From Vicugna vicugna (lineage: Eukaryota), in contig MU061578.1 of assembly GCA_013265495.1 (NCBI GenBank), positions 5,033,308-5,097,307 of the forward strand: DNA of 64,000 bases. Reading direction: 5' to 3'. Positions within the stretch are counted from its first letter, which is position 1; the number at the start of each line of letters is the position of its first letter. A model generated the notes under the pieces. The model did no database searches and was not told the DNA's origin. It was given only the letters and a program-made list of their open reading frames with translations. Position numbers and translations under genes: made by a program. Below are positions 50,701 through 61,181 of the stretch, piece by piece.

Positions 50701-53700
50701 GCTCTGACAGGTCAGAGAGTGTCTAGAGCTTTGGGTTGGAGGGAAAGTTAAGGCGTAGTTCTCACTTTGTGCTCTTGTCTGTGCAGTACGACAATCTCCT
50801 GAGCCAGTTTGGCTGCATGCAGGTGTCCTCATCATCCTCCTCCCACTCCCTGTCAGCTGCGGATGCAGGGCTTCCACAGAGGGCAGGCAGCAACATCGAG
50901 CAGTATATCCACGACCTGGACACTAACTCTTTTGAGCTGGACTTACAGTTTTCTGAAGATGAGAAGAGGTTGTTATTGGAGAAGCAGGCCAGTGGAAACC
51001 CTTGGTAAGAACTTACAGATGGAAGTAGTGCTCTGTTTAAAAATGCAGGGTCGAACGCTCGGAAAGAAATGCCAGACGAGGTGACTGAGAGAGCGGGGCA
51101 CCTGGCTTTGTCACTGCCACCTGTCAGGGCTCTGCACCCTCCCACCTGCCCAGCTGCCTCAATGTGTCCAATTGGAAATGGGTTGGGAGGGTCAGCCTGT
51201 GGTGAGTGGCTTTGGGACCCTCAGGGCTGTAGCCCCTGGGGGTCGGCATGCAGGCACGCCAGCATCTGTGTTCGGATATGAATTTATCATGATTTAAATA
51301 ACCGCTGCCCTCGGTGAAACATTCAGGGTGTTCTGGTGTGTTTGCTGTCAACCTACTTTCCTGATGACCTTGCCTGCCCTTGAGTGTTTCAGTGCTCTCA
51401 GAATGGGCTCACATGAACTGGAGTTTGTATACTTGTCGAGGCAAACATCTATGTTCATTGGCCATTTGTGTTTATATTTTGAGATACTTTTGACTGTTTT
51501 TCTTGTATGTTTTGCATCTTTTTAAAAAAAAATTGACACTTCAGAGCCATGAATATGAACAGTATTTCTGTTAATTTTGCAAGCATTTTTCTTCAGTTTA
51601 TCTCTTCATCCTGTTTGTGGCTGTTTTTTATTTGGAAGTTGTAAATTCTCACAAAGTCAAGCCTGGTTATGTGTTTATTTTCTGTTTTCCATCTTGGTCC
51701 TGTTGAGAAGTGCTTTACCTTGACAATTTCTTCATGCCTTTTGATGGTTTCACCTTTTGCACGAGTGGGGTGGGGTGGGGTGGGGCAGTATGTTGAGGAA
51801 GGAGGATTTGAGGGAAAGAGGACCCCGGAATGTGGGAGCACTTGTACTGCTACCCAGAGTGGCACTGCCTAAGTCTAAAGATAAAGATGCTAAAGAGAAG
51901 ACATTGAGTTCTCTGACTCATGGAAGGGAGGGGTCTACTCCACAGAAACTGGGCAAAACTGTAAAAGTGATACAGAAATAGGACAAAAGCTATCTTTTCC
52001 TGGCTTTATAGATGTGAATACCTTTCTGTGTTGTGTCTGTGAAGAGAAGGTTTTTGCGTGTTATTTTGGTGCCATGTAAGTTGCGGCATCATTTAGAGAC
52101 TGAGCATTCCGAGTTCTTAAGAGAAAGGAATTGAGTATTTTAAATGTACATGTGGGCTTTTTCAAGGCCAAACATTGGAAATCCACTATAAAGCACTGTA
52201 CAGGGAAGTCAGGTGTGGAGGTGGGAGGAGCCCCACTGGAGCTGGGAGGTCGAGGAGCTTCAGGCCATTGACAACACTGAGTGTGCGGGGTGCAAGTCAC
52301 TGGGAGGAGGCCCAGCGCTGCTGTCCCCCATGACACAGTAACTCGCTGGGTTAAAGATGTGGCTGCAGACTCAGAGAGTGAGTTGGTGTGTCTACCTCCA
52401 AATTGTACTTTTGCCTTACGAGTGAATGAGTCTACAGATGGGACTAGACTCGCCACTTTGTTTGGATTTGTCTGGTATTCACCCCAACTTTACCATCAAG
52501 GAAAGATGTTCTTTTACCCAAGTGCTTGGCAGAAAGCACAGATAGTGCTGAGCACCCCTTTGAATTTCATGGTTTGTTCTGGAGCAAATGTATTGCCGTG
52601 TGCACTGATGGTGCCAGAGCAAAGATGGGTTAAACTGCAGTGCCGGATCACGGACCCAGGCCGTGGCACCAAGCAGAGTTCGGAGAACCAGGTTCTTCAC
52701 AGCCAGACGATCACCGGATGAAAAGAAAGGAAAAGAAGCCAGTCTCGCTTGAGTAGTCATTAAAAATGATTGGTTTTGTCAGCATGCTGTAGACCGAGGT
52801 GGGAAGCGAGGTGGGAAGCGTGCAGACAGCACTCCTGCTGCAGCCCAGGTGTGACAGTTCCCTCAGGAACACCCTGCATGAGGGTTTGCATTGGGAGAGA
52901 GACTGGCCGCTCCTTTCCTGGAAGACCGTTTTCACTAGGAGATGTGACTGACAAACCATGGTTATTCAGACTTGGCTGTTTGTCCCACATTTTTCTGGAA
53001 AATGAGCAGAATGAGCCTGTCACTTCGAGGAAAGCAGCTGCCGGTATTTGTTACCAGTGATAAAATCAAAACCTTCAAGTGAAATTAGAATTTTGGGAAA
53101 CTGTATCCATCACTGTGAACTTGATATCTTCCCGGTACTTAGAGACTTTTCTGAGGCGATAGGAAGCGATATTAATGCATTGATTTGTTGATATTGTAGA
53201 ATGAAATTTGTCAATCTTTGGAAGATCTCCATAACTCAGTAAGCCACTCTTTTCTAGATGACGAGTGTATGGTGCCATAAAACCATAGAAGGATGGAGAC
53301 CCATTCAAAATGCAAGGTAGACTGAGGGTTTTTAATGTCACAGAATTTGAAAAACTCATTCTTGGGAATTCAGATTTCCCATGGCAGCAAACCTGTAAGA
53401 AACTACACATGTGGAGTTTTGGTGTTTTATCAAAGAAGAATGCCCTCAAATATCTCCAAAGACTATTAAAATACTCCTCCTTTTAAAATTTCTTATCTGA
53501 GTGAAGCTGATTTCTTCATGTACTTCAGCCTGGACAACATATCACGTAGAGTGAAGGCAGAGGCAGATCTGAGAATTCAGCTCTCTTCTTTGAAGAGAGA
53601 TAGTAAAGAGATTTGCAAAATGTGCAGCAGTGTCATACTTCTCATTGTCTTTGTTTTGGAAAGAAGTTATTTTTAAAGTATTACTTATATTCATATGAAA

Positions 53701-56700
53701 TAGATTTATTATCTTTTTAATGAATTAAATATTTGAAAATGTCTCCGTTTTAATTGCTTATACATAAATATCAGTGAATCTCACTCAAATAAAGGAAAGC
53801 TCTTTAGGATCTTCTGTAACATTTAAGAGTATAAAGGAATCCCGAGACCTGAAGGTTTGAAAGATGGCATTTTAGAGCAGAGCGGCTGTGGTCCCCTGGT
53901 CCTTCCTCAGCTGCATAGAGGCCTCTCGTGGGGAACTCTCCTGAGGTGGTCAGCAGAGCTGCACTGGGATTCTGACGGACTCGCTCAGCTCTCCTGGTGG
54001 TGGCTGTGCTCTGAAATGATCCCAGTATAATTTAATTGAGGTCTTCCACTTATTATCAACTTGCGACTCTTTACTATGCATGAAATTCTTTTTTTTTTCT
54101 TTTTTTATTGATCTATAATCATTTTAAAATGTTGTGTCAAATTCCAGTGTAGAGCACAATTTTTTAGTTATACATGGACATACATATATATATTCAAAAT
54201 TGTCACATTTTTTTCTCTGTGAGCTGCCATAAGATCTTGTGTTATACACATGAAAGTCTTATACAGCAGGACCCGTTGGTCAGAAGAGCTTTCTGTCTGG
54301 CTCTGTTGTTTACCCGTGTACTCCTGTGCTGCAGGAGATCCTTGTTACATCTCCTTCTCAGAAATCTTGATTGTTTTCTCTTTATTCAAGTCTTGTTTTG
54401 TTTGTTGGTTTAGTTTTTAAATACTTGGAGAGGGAAAAGAAACATGGTGCCTTTCCTCATGAAGGTCACAGTACTTTTTTTTGTTGTTAAAATTATTCTT
54501 GTTTTCAAAACCCATATGATGCTGTGTCGGTTGACTTGGGCCTAGGTCCTTGGTTACGGGACCTCGGTGGGTAAGCCCAGAGGGCTTTGTGGAGTGGGCG
54601 TTGGTCTGGTTGTTTAGGCTAGGCAGACCCAGGGGATGAGAGGATGTGGCTCCAGCAGCTGGGCCAACCTTCTAGCACGTGTGCTGTGTCCCAGGAGGAA
54701 CCAGGGAAAAGCAGGTGGATGTGCTCAGACACTTACGTGGTAAAATTGTCACTGTTGGGGGTGACAGTTGTCTTATGCTTTTTTAGTGTTTCTGAAGTAG
54801 AACCTTAGGTCAGGAATGCCAGTAAAATCAGAATATAAAGCAGTAGGTGTTAACTTTAACCGAAGGAAAGAACCTGCAGGTGTTAAAATAGCCTCTTTTA
54901 AGCTCCTAGGAATCAAAGTGGACTAGACTTGCTAATAATGTGTATTCAATCAAAACCTGTATTTGAAACTTTTCTAAATTCCTGCCATATTCAGATAAAA
55001 TGCTTTATTACTGTGGTAGAAACACCAAATAAGATGTTCTCAAACCAGATTTCCAACCTGGATCTTTTAGGGATTTGTGATTCTGAACAGCTCAGTGGTT
55101 TCTGAGCACTGAGTCAGAGGTCCCAGCTTGAGGAGGTAACTTAAAAACAACAGTTTCTGTCCTGAGGTTGATTCCCAGTGGCCTCCGCCCTTTTAGTGGG
55201 GTTCTGCGTCTCACCCCAGCTTTGTTTAAAGTAACAAGGATGTGTATCCTGGGGTCAGGTCTGCTACACTGCCTCCCCTCTGCCTTTCCTCCGTAAATGC
55301 TGCTGAGTCAGAGGTGAGAAAGGGTGATATTTCTAGAATCTGAGGACTCTGGTCCAAATACAGATTGAAATTCTATAAAGCAGTGGAACTTGCATGCAAA
55401 GTTACTTTTGAAGTTTTCTCATTTTACTGAAGTGAGTTTGGATCTCTGAAGGGGGAGCCTTGCTTAAAGCAAAGTTCACAGTGCCATTGGGAAGTTGGTT
55501 TCGAAGGGAGGAGTTTGGAGAATTTCTGTCTCTGACTCTTTTTTTTTTTTAACATTTTTTATTGATTTATAATCATTTTACAATGTTGTGTCAAATTCCA
55601 GTGTTCAGCACAATTTTTCAGTCATTCATGGACATAAATGTCTCTGACTCTTATATGAGTGTCTCATTCTTGTTTTTATTCTTTTTATAGGCACCAGTTT
55701 GTAGAAAATAATTTAATACTAAAAATGGGTCCAGTAGATAAGCGAAAGGTAAGTTAGATTCCCACCACTCCTTCTTGTGTGTCTATGTCTTCCTCCTGAT
55801 TTTCACTCAGGATCAGGCCTTGCTCCTCAGGCTCCTGCTATAACTCATGCACATAGCACCTCTGTCTTGGTTCCCTTTAAGAGATTATCTCTAAATTTGA
55901 TAGGTAAGGAAGATTTCAGCCATTCGGGAGAGGCGATTGAAACTACATGGCAGGCCTTGGCAGACAGAAATGCAGCCTCTCATTTCTGACTGGGGAGCCA
56001 GCGTTCTGATTTCTCCCTGAGGCTAGCTTCACTGAGGTCAAAGTTTCTGTCCTGTTGAGGAGGCTCTGCTTGAGTCCTGGCAAGTTGTTTATGACTTCAT
56101 TCTAATTGCTCTTGAAAATATTAAGTAAATGAATTGTGTCAAAAATATCACACACCACAAATGTTCTCTTTCTGCCGATGTGGACCTTTCTTAGTCGAGG
56201 CTCCTGGTCTCCATTGCTGGCCATGCTCAGCCTCACCCACCCCCATGCATCCTCGGTGGTGGGAACCTCCATGAAGGAGGGTTGTGGTGTGACCGGCCAG
56301 CAGGCAGAACCCTGTGCCCTGGTGTGGAGCAGAGGGCATGAGAAATAGTAGGGCCCTGACTGCTGGTGACAGGCTCCTTGGAGCTGGCTCAGTGACAGGG
56401 ACCTGAGCCAATGTGCTGGCCTCAGGTGCACCTACCTATGCTGCCATTCCCCGACATGGCAACCAGAGTAGCGAAGCCTGGAATAGGGGTGTTGGGGTCC
56501 CGCTCAGCAGGGCAGGCAGGCCAGGCCTTGAGTGCTTCCCATTTCTTTCTGACCCAAGGGGCTGTGTCCAAGTAGGAGGGAGGTGTGCACGCCCCTCTGT
56601 CGCAGGTGAGTGGGCAGGTGGCTGGCAGTGGTCCCTGTGCCTGGAGCTCCTCTGACAGTCCAGCCTCTGAGGCAGTGATAAGTGCTGTCAGCACCCACTT

Positions 56701-57428
56701 TTGAGCCTTAACAAGCAGTGTCCTTTTTCTTTCTTTGTTTCTTTTTTTGCATCAGGGTTTATTTGCACGGCGACGGCAGTTACTGCTCACAGAAGGGCCA
56801 CACTTATATTATGTGGATCCTGTCAACAAAGTCTTGAAAGGTGAAATTCCATGGTCGCAAGAACTCCGACCAGAGGCCAAAAATTTTAAAACCTTCTTTG
56901 TCCACACGGTGAGTTTATCCCTACAGGTTCTTTGCAGGGCAGTTGGAGGCCTTTGGATTTTTGTGCCTCTATTCAGAGCATCCAAATGCTGTGGAACTGA
57001 GGGGGCAGCTGGAGTGGGGCGGTGGTCTCCGCCTTTCCCACGTTTGTGGCTCAGTTCTGATTTGGGCCGGGAGGTACCTATGCTTGTTTTTCAGTTCAGG
57101 AGTGATGCAAGGGAGCTGTGTAGGTCATCACGTGCATGTTTAATCTCTGCACATATGTGGAGGGAAAAAATTCCGCATGCTCACGTGCTTCCAGAAGGTA
57201 CTTGCAGCGGCTGCAGTAGGATGGCAATTTCTTCCAGTTGCTCACTGATGGGTGGAGGTGCTGGTTGTGGTGGGACTCCCTCAAGAACATTAAACGTTTC
57301 TGTCTCTGCAGCCGAATAGGACGTATTACCTGATGGACCCGAGTGGGAATGCTCACAAATGGTGCAAAAAGATCCAGGAGGTGTGGAGGCACAGATATCA
57401 GAGCCACCCAGACGCCGCTGTGCAGTGA
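23472..57428 (+). CDS. PDPK1: 3-phosphoinositide-dependent protein kinase 1 (PDK1), spliced CDS exons 2-14; exon 1 is upstream of the window
   Basis: 13 GT-AG exons (267,43,138,145,98,76,69,97,174,218,58,153,117 nt) join in frame. They encode [37 protein letters not shown] and a C-terminal PH domain ending HPDAAVQ*, matching PDK1 as recalled. Confidence 0.99.
26749..26791 (+). CDS. PDPK1: PDPK1 exon 3 ([14 protein letters not shown])
   Basis: Long polypyrimidine tract with CAG acceptor, GTAAGT donor, 43 nt. Confidence 0.97.
27056..27193 (+). CDS. PDPK1: PDPK1 exon 4 (IKILEKRH...DDEKL), catalytic Lys and PIF pocket
   Basis: TAAG acceptor, U12-type donor GTATCCTTT, 138 nt. Confidence 0.97.
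28400..28950 (-). mobile_element. L2 LINE fragment
   Basis: tttattgag...gtgccagg...ctggtaaataag start and degenerate L2 antisense motifs. Confidence 0.6.
30440..30560 (+). mobile_element. MIR fragment
   Basis: tgtgaccttgggtcagttgcttaacttctctgg core. Confidence 0.7.
32155..32299 (+). CDS. PDPK1: PDPK1 exon 5 ([10 protein letters not shown]...GIIHR)
   Basis: U12 branch TTCCTTAAC then TTAG acceptor, AG|GTACAA donor, 145 nt. Confidence 0.97.
32624..32770 (-). mobile_element. L1 3' end fragment(s)
   Basis: T-run followed by gtggtaaaatacacataacataaaatttaccatttt. Confidence 0.7.
33051..33148 (+). CDS. PDPK1: PDPK1 exon 6 (DLKPEN...[14 protein letters not shown])
   Basis: CACAG acceptor, AAG|GTGTGT donor, catalytic loop and DFG motif, 98 nt. 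Confidence 0.97.
35212..35260. repeat. (TA)n/(CA)n low-complexity microsatellite
   Basis: Direct reading. Confidence 0.85.
36389..36520 (-). mobile_element. tRNA-Ala-derived SINE (vic-1-like)
   Basis: tRNA-like body with (AAAT)n tail; perfect 13-bp TSD TTGTTGTTTTTAA at 36376-36388 and 36521-36533. Confidence 0.9.
37295..38245 (+). mobile_element. L1 fragment (ORF2 C-terminus into 3'UTR), sense orientation
   Basis: cacctcataccgtacaca..., aaatgcaagtcaaaaccacagtgaga, aaatgtccatcaactgatgaatggataaac motifs. Confidence 0.88.
37961..38080 (+). mobile_element. Younger 5'-truncated L1 3' end nested in the older L1
   Basis: Poly(A) tail and 16-bp TSD GAAAACAAATG(A/T)AGTA at 37945 and 38081. Confidence 0.8.
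38252..39100 (-). mobile_element. L1 ORF2 reverse-transcriptase region fragment (degenerate)
   Basis: ORF 38469..38753(-) [32 protein letters not shown] matches the L1 RT motif region around FADD. Confidence 0.92.
40395..40680 (-). mobile_element. Old L1 (L1ME-like) fragment
   Basis: agaagtggaattgctgggtc, cacattcctaccatagca, atccttgccaacacttg motifs. Confidence 0.65.
41672..41882 (-). mobile_element. MER20-like hAT-Charlie non-autonomous element
   Basis: agggttctcag...ctacccactaggtgacag...ccagatgttgccagatgtcccc...gttgaga. Confidence 0.7.
42885..43150 (-). mobile_element. L2 fragment
   Basis: Degenerate L2 antisense 3' end: gtgggtgcttgctgcgtgcccgggg..., actgagcaggtgacctttgagc. Confidence 0.5.
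43324..43399 (+). CDS. PDPK1: PDPK1 exon 7 ([16 protein letters not shown]...), activation loop; Ser241-equivalent codon at 43335-43337
   Basis: Polypyrimidine tract with CAG acceptor, AG|GTAACC donor, 76 nt. Confidence 0.97.
44547..44767 (+). mobile_element. MER20 hAT-Charlie non-autonomous element
   Basis: ggggcagttctgc...gaatatttggc...ggcatccagtgggtggaggcagg...gctgctccacatcctgcagtgca...ccccacaacaa...ggctgagcaaccct. Confidence 0.85.
47037..47105 (+). CDS. PDPK1: PDPK1 exon 8 ([23 protein letters not shown])
   Basis: AAAG acceptor after polypyrimidine tract, GG|GTAAGA donor, 69 nt. Confidence 0.97.
47347..47443 (+). CDS. PDPK1: PDPK1 exon 9 ([14 protein letters not shown]...LVEKLL)
   Basis: TACAG acceptor, CTG|GTAAAT donor, 97 nt. 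Confidence 0.95.
48429..48602 (+). CDS. PDPK1: PDPK1 exon 10 (VLDATKRLG...DCYGN)
   Basis: TAAG acceptor, AAC|GTAAGA donor, 174 nt. Confidence 0.97.
50787..51004 (+). CDS. PDPK1: PDPK1 exon 11 (YDNLLSQF...SGNPW), Ser-rich linker
   Basis: GCAG acceptor, TG|GTAAGA donor, 218 nt. Confidence 0.97.
51700..53870 (+). mobile_element. hAT-Charlie (Charlie1-like) DNA transposon with decayed transposase
   Basis: Fossil motifs [10 protein letters not shown] (BED-finger region, about 52078), [13 protein letters not shown]...[10 protein letters not shown] (52330-52440) and [12 protein letters not shown] (about 52960); terminal-like ...cccgagacctgaaggtttga. Confidence 0.8.
54091..54244 (-). mobile_element. 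Young 5'-truncated L1 3' end (camelid-type)
   Basis: Poly(T) then ttattgatctataatcattttaaaatgttgtgtcaaattccagtg; TSD TATGCATGAAATTCTT / TACACATGAAAGTCTT. Confidence 0.85.
55541..55638 (-). mobile_element. Young 5'-truncated L1 3' end (same family as 54091-54244)
   Basis: Poly(T) and near-identical body; perfect 14-bp TSD TGTCTCTGACTCTT at 55527 and 55639. Confidence 0.9.
55691..55748 (+). CDS. PDPK1: PDPK1 exon 12 ([19 protein letters not shown])
   Basis: ATAG acceptor, AAG|GTAAGT donor, 58 nt. Confidence 0.97.
56756..56908 (+). CDS. PDPK1: PDPK1 exon 13 ([11 protein letters not shown]...FFVHT), PH domain
   Basis: TCAG acceptor, ACG|GTGAGT donor, 153 nt. Confidence 0.97.
57312..57428 (+). 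CDS. PDPK1: PDPK1 exon 14 coding part (PNRTYYLMD...HPDAAVQ*)
   Basis: GCAG acceptor, TGA stop at 57426-57428. Confidence 0.97.
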   Translation, partial: PNRTYYLMDPSGNAHKWCKKIQEVWRHRYQSHPDAAVQ

Positions 57429-60400
57429 TGCCCGCGGCTGCTGCACTCGCTGCAGGACATATGCCAGCATGGCTCGCCGCCACCCGGGACGCTTCCAGAC
57501 CACCTGCCAGCCATCTCAAGGGGGACGCAGACGGCGGAACCTTGCAGCTTTTTAATTTAAAAGAAAAGAAGAAAAACAATACCCACCACACAAAGAACAA
57601 AACCAATAACGAAAAGGAATTCAGGGTCGCTTTGCTTGCTCTCTGTGCTCTGTGGAGGCTTCCCGCACCCTCCTCGCCATGGGAACCCAGTGCTGTGCAC
57701 GTCTGCCTGGTTCCCACCCAGATTAGTGGACAGACTCGCGTCACCAGCTCTCCATCGCGTGCCCTGTCATCTGCCAGTCCTGCTGCGGCTCAGGGGACCA
57801 GGCGTGTCTCTGGGCTCTGTCTGCCCCCAGATTACCGTGGAACTCTTCACCAGGGAGCCATGCAGGACTCTGCTGGGGTGGCTTCTGATCTCTGTAGGGC
57901 AGGAGGGTCCTTGGCTTTTGTCCGTATGCTCCTTTCTTCACGTCCCTAGTTGATGGCCTGATCCCTGTGGGCCCATGCTCGCCTCCTCTAGTAGCCCTGG
58001 CTGCGAGACGTCTGCAGTTCTTGCTGTCTGTCTGTGAGTGCTCGTGTCTTGTCAGCCAGGCAGGCTCAGGCGGTAAGGAGTAGAACAGGCTGTCCAGGTA
58101 AAATACAGAGCCACTGCCGAGGTGAGGGCCAGTAGAGCGTTCAGATGTCCATCCCTCTGAGCGGGTTGCCCCCTGGGGCCAGAAACTGAGTGCCTGCCTG
58201 GAAGGAGCACTGTTAGCGCTGGGCCCACTGAGTGCCAAGTGCACCAGGTGATGGGGCTCCGTGCCTCCCCACCCCGTGTGGGGCCAGGGCAGTGGGGCAG
58301 ACGGGCCTGGTGGCCCCCGTGTAGGGGAGTGTGAGCTGACAGCCCCTCTGGTTTGAAAGGTGGGGTGTGCAGGGTAAGTTGGCCCTGAGGGTGCCTGGTA
58401 TCTGCAGACTGGGCTGTCCTCCCTCACAGCCAGGGGCATGGAGGAGGGCTGGCTCCCACACACCCTCGTTGTGCCCTAACTCTTGTAGTCTAACTCAGAG
58501 CGTTTTCACACATCCACAGTGAAAATCTAAAAGCCTTCTTGTGTTGCCAGGTCATCTGGTCCCCATCAGATGGACTTTGCCTGGAAACAAGTGTTAACCT
58601 TGCATGAGGGGCAGAAATAACCACACTTGAACCCGAGCCCCAGCCGTCTCTCCTCCAGTTGCAGGGTGATTTCCTTTAGCTTTTTTTGTGGCAGCACCCT
58701 GCTCTGTACTAAGGGTGGTCCAGGACTTACTAGTCCTTTGATTTTCTTTGCTGCTGCTCCCTGGACAGAGAGAACTCCTGTCAGCCTGGCGGGGCTCGGC
58801 CATTCCTCTCCCTGCCCAGGTTGTCCCAGCGGGAAAGGAGCGAGCACTGCCACCCGCAGGCTGCTGCTCACAGACCAGTTTCTGTCCCCAGGGGAGGAGT
58901 GACTTTGCCATTTCCTATAATTTTCCCAAAGGCGCCAACAAAAAGCTCCCGCAGATAAGATCCCAACTACTTCCCTGCCCTCATGTCCTATCTCGAACCA
59001 TCCACCACCCTGTGTAACCAGTGGTCCAAACTGAGAGGAAAGATGTCTTAAGTTGTTTCAGTGATAATAGTGGCTCTTAAGTTGGGAAAAACGTGCAGAT
59101 GTGGAGAATTCCACTGTGTTTGGGTAGGGAGAGGAGTTTGGGTGGGAGCAGAGGTGGTAGCCAGGTTGGCCAGTGGTTTCTGCTTGGGCCTTGTTCTCTG
59201 CTCTGCGAGAGCTGCACAAGAGCAAGTGTGTGCGTGTGTGCGCTGCGTGTGTCGGGGATGCCAAGGTGTTGGGGGGCATGCCTGCCCTTGGGGCGTCCCA
59301 GAGCACTGCCCTGGGCATGTGGTTGTAGATGGAGGCCCCTCTGTCCTCTCACTTTGGAAAAGCTTTGCCTGTGTTCACCTGCTTTTCAAAAAGTGAGTCT
59401 GTCTTGACCCTTTCTTTCAGGACTTTGATTTCAGGGGTACTCCTGTGTTTATATTTCACTCCTGTCAGAGCATCCGCGTCTGCGCATGTGCATTTAGGAG
59501 AGTTGGGAGGCCGCTAGTGCACAGCATCTTTCCTGGGTGTCTGGTTACAGGGAAACAAGCAGACCTGATGTTGGCTTTAAAAGGAGCGCTCAGCTGGGCT
59601 GCTCAGGGAGACACGACTCATCTGTCGCATTCTTCCGTCTGGATCACACCACTACCTCCTGGGCTTAACCGACAAGCTCCATCTTAACCTCCAAAACCAG
59701 AGAATAAGGGGTTCGAGGTTGAGCTCACAGCTGGCAGAGCTGAAGTGACTGCTCTGCCTGAGCCAGTGACAGCTGAGCCCTTCTCTGTGGGTCACCTTTC
59801 TCCACTCACTCAGAATTCTCTTTCCTTTTTTTTTTTTCTTTCTTTCTCTTTTTGGAAGCCCCTGCATACTCTTACCCTATGCTTATTCATGTCAACTTTA
59901 GTTTTATCCAACTCATCCTTTGAGCCATTATCCTGGCATGCAGGTGCCTTATGTTCTAAGATGTGCACGTAGGTGTCAGTCTATGCACACACGCAGGCAT
60001 ACCTAGAAATATATAGAAATGTGGATTTGTCCAAGGTAAGAAAGAAAATGCCCTTTTGTTTAATAGGTCCAGGAGTATGTATCTTACTGAGAGAGGTTAA
60101 GGACAGGTGTAATGCCAAACCCAGCACCTGTCAAGCAGAGATGGTCCTGCACCATGTGGCCACTCTTGGCACAGAGGGGAGGGAGGATGGCCAGGAGCGT
60201 CAGGGTCTCTACCGGCTCAGACAGCCCACTGTGCCTTGCCTCTTTGGGAACACGAGGAAGCCAGGTTTGGATGGGGTGGTTTCCTTCCCTTTCTGTGGAC
60301 CTGACCTGGGCAGTGCACTTTGGGCAGCCCTGTGTGGAGCATGAAGCCCCACCCTGTGAGAGGCACCTCTGTGTGCCTGCCACGCTGAACCTTGACTGTG

Positions 60401-60699
60401 GGGAGGTTTGTCACAGACTTGCTTTGTGAAAGGTGGCTCTTGGGGTCATGCCGAAGCTGCTGGGAACTGTACCTGCCTCATCCCCCTTGGGCAGCCCTGT
60501 GGTGTTTGTGGCGCGAGCCTGAAGGAATTGCAGGAGATGGCCTTTGGCACAGACCCCGAGGACAGGGGGCTCTGGGTGATTTAGTACTTTATTAAAACAT
60601 TTGTTTCCTGAAAAAATCAATTGTAGGCTCAGCACCCAGAAAAGACCACTGTGACCTTCTTGGTGCACAGCCTGCCACCCTTGCCTCCCTGCCCGCACA

Positions 60700-61040
60700 C
60701 GTGTTTGCTTTTGTAACTTAAGTGGGAACATACAACATATACCATTTTGCATCCAGCTTCTTTCACTTAATGTCACGTCATGAACAAAATTCAAAAACTT
60801 TGTTTTTAATGATTGTAGAGTGTAATGGTTATTTTTTTTATCATAATTTATCGGATCACTTTACTGCTCTAAAGCATTTAGATGGTTTCTGGTTTTTCAC
60901 TATTTAAATACTGCTGTAATGAATATCCTTATAAGTCTTTGATTTTTAACTCTGATCTCCTCCCCTTGCCCTGCCCTGCCCTGTCCAGATTCCTAGCAGT
61001 GGTATTTTAGGGTCAAAGAGTTTGTTCATTTTAAAGATAG
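60700..61040 (-). mobile_element. Old L1 (L1ME-like) fragment within the 3'UTR
   Basis: cttctttcacttaat, catttagatggtttctggtttttcactatt, tagcagtggtattttagggtcaaag motifs. Confidence 0.6.
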
Positions 61041-61181
61041 TATAGACTCTCTTCCTCTGTCTTGCTCTGATGTTCAGATGCTCAGAGTTCCAGTACAGGA
61101 CTTCCTTAGCTGTGTCCTACAGATTCTGAACAAATCAATTTCTGGTGAGTTGTGTGTTCCCAGGAATGTTTGAATAAGACT

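Noticed and set aside
56705..56718. U12-like branch CCTTAAC in intron 12
   Set aside because: The donor is GTAAGT and a strong polypyrimidine tract follows, so it is best read as an ordinary U2 branch region
57359..58463. 196-aa (+) and 240-aa (-) ORFs in the 3'UTR
   Set aside because: GC-rich, low-information translations with no recognisable domain; expected by chance
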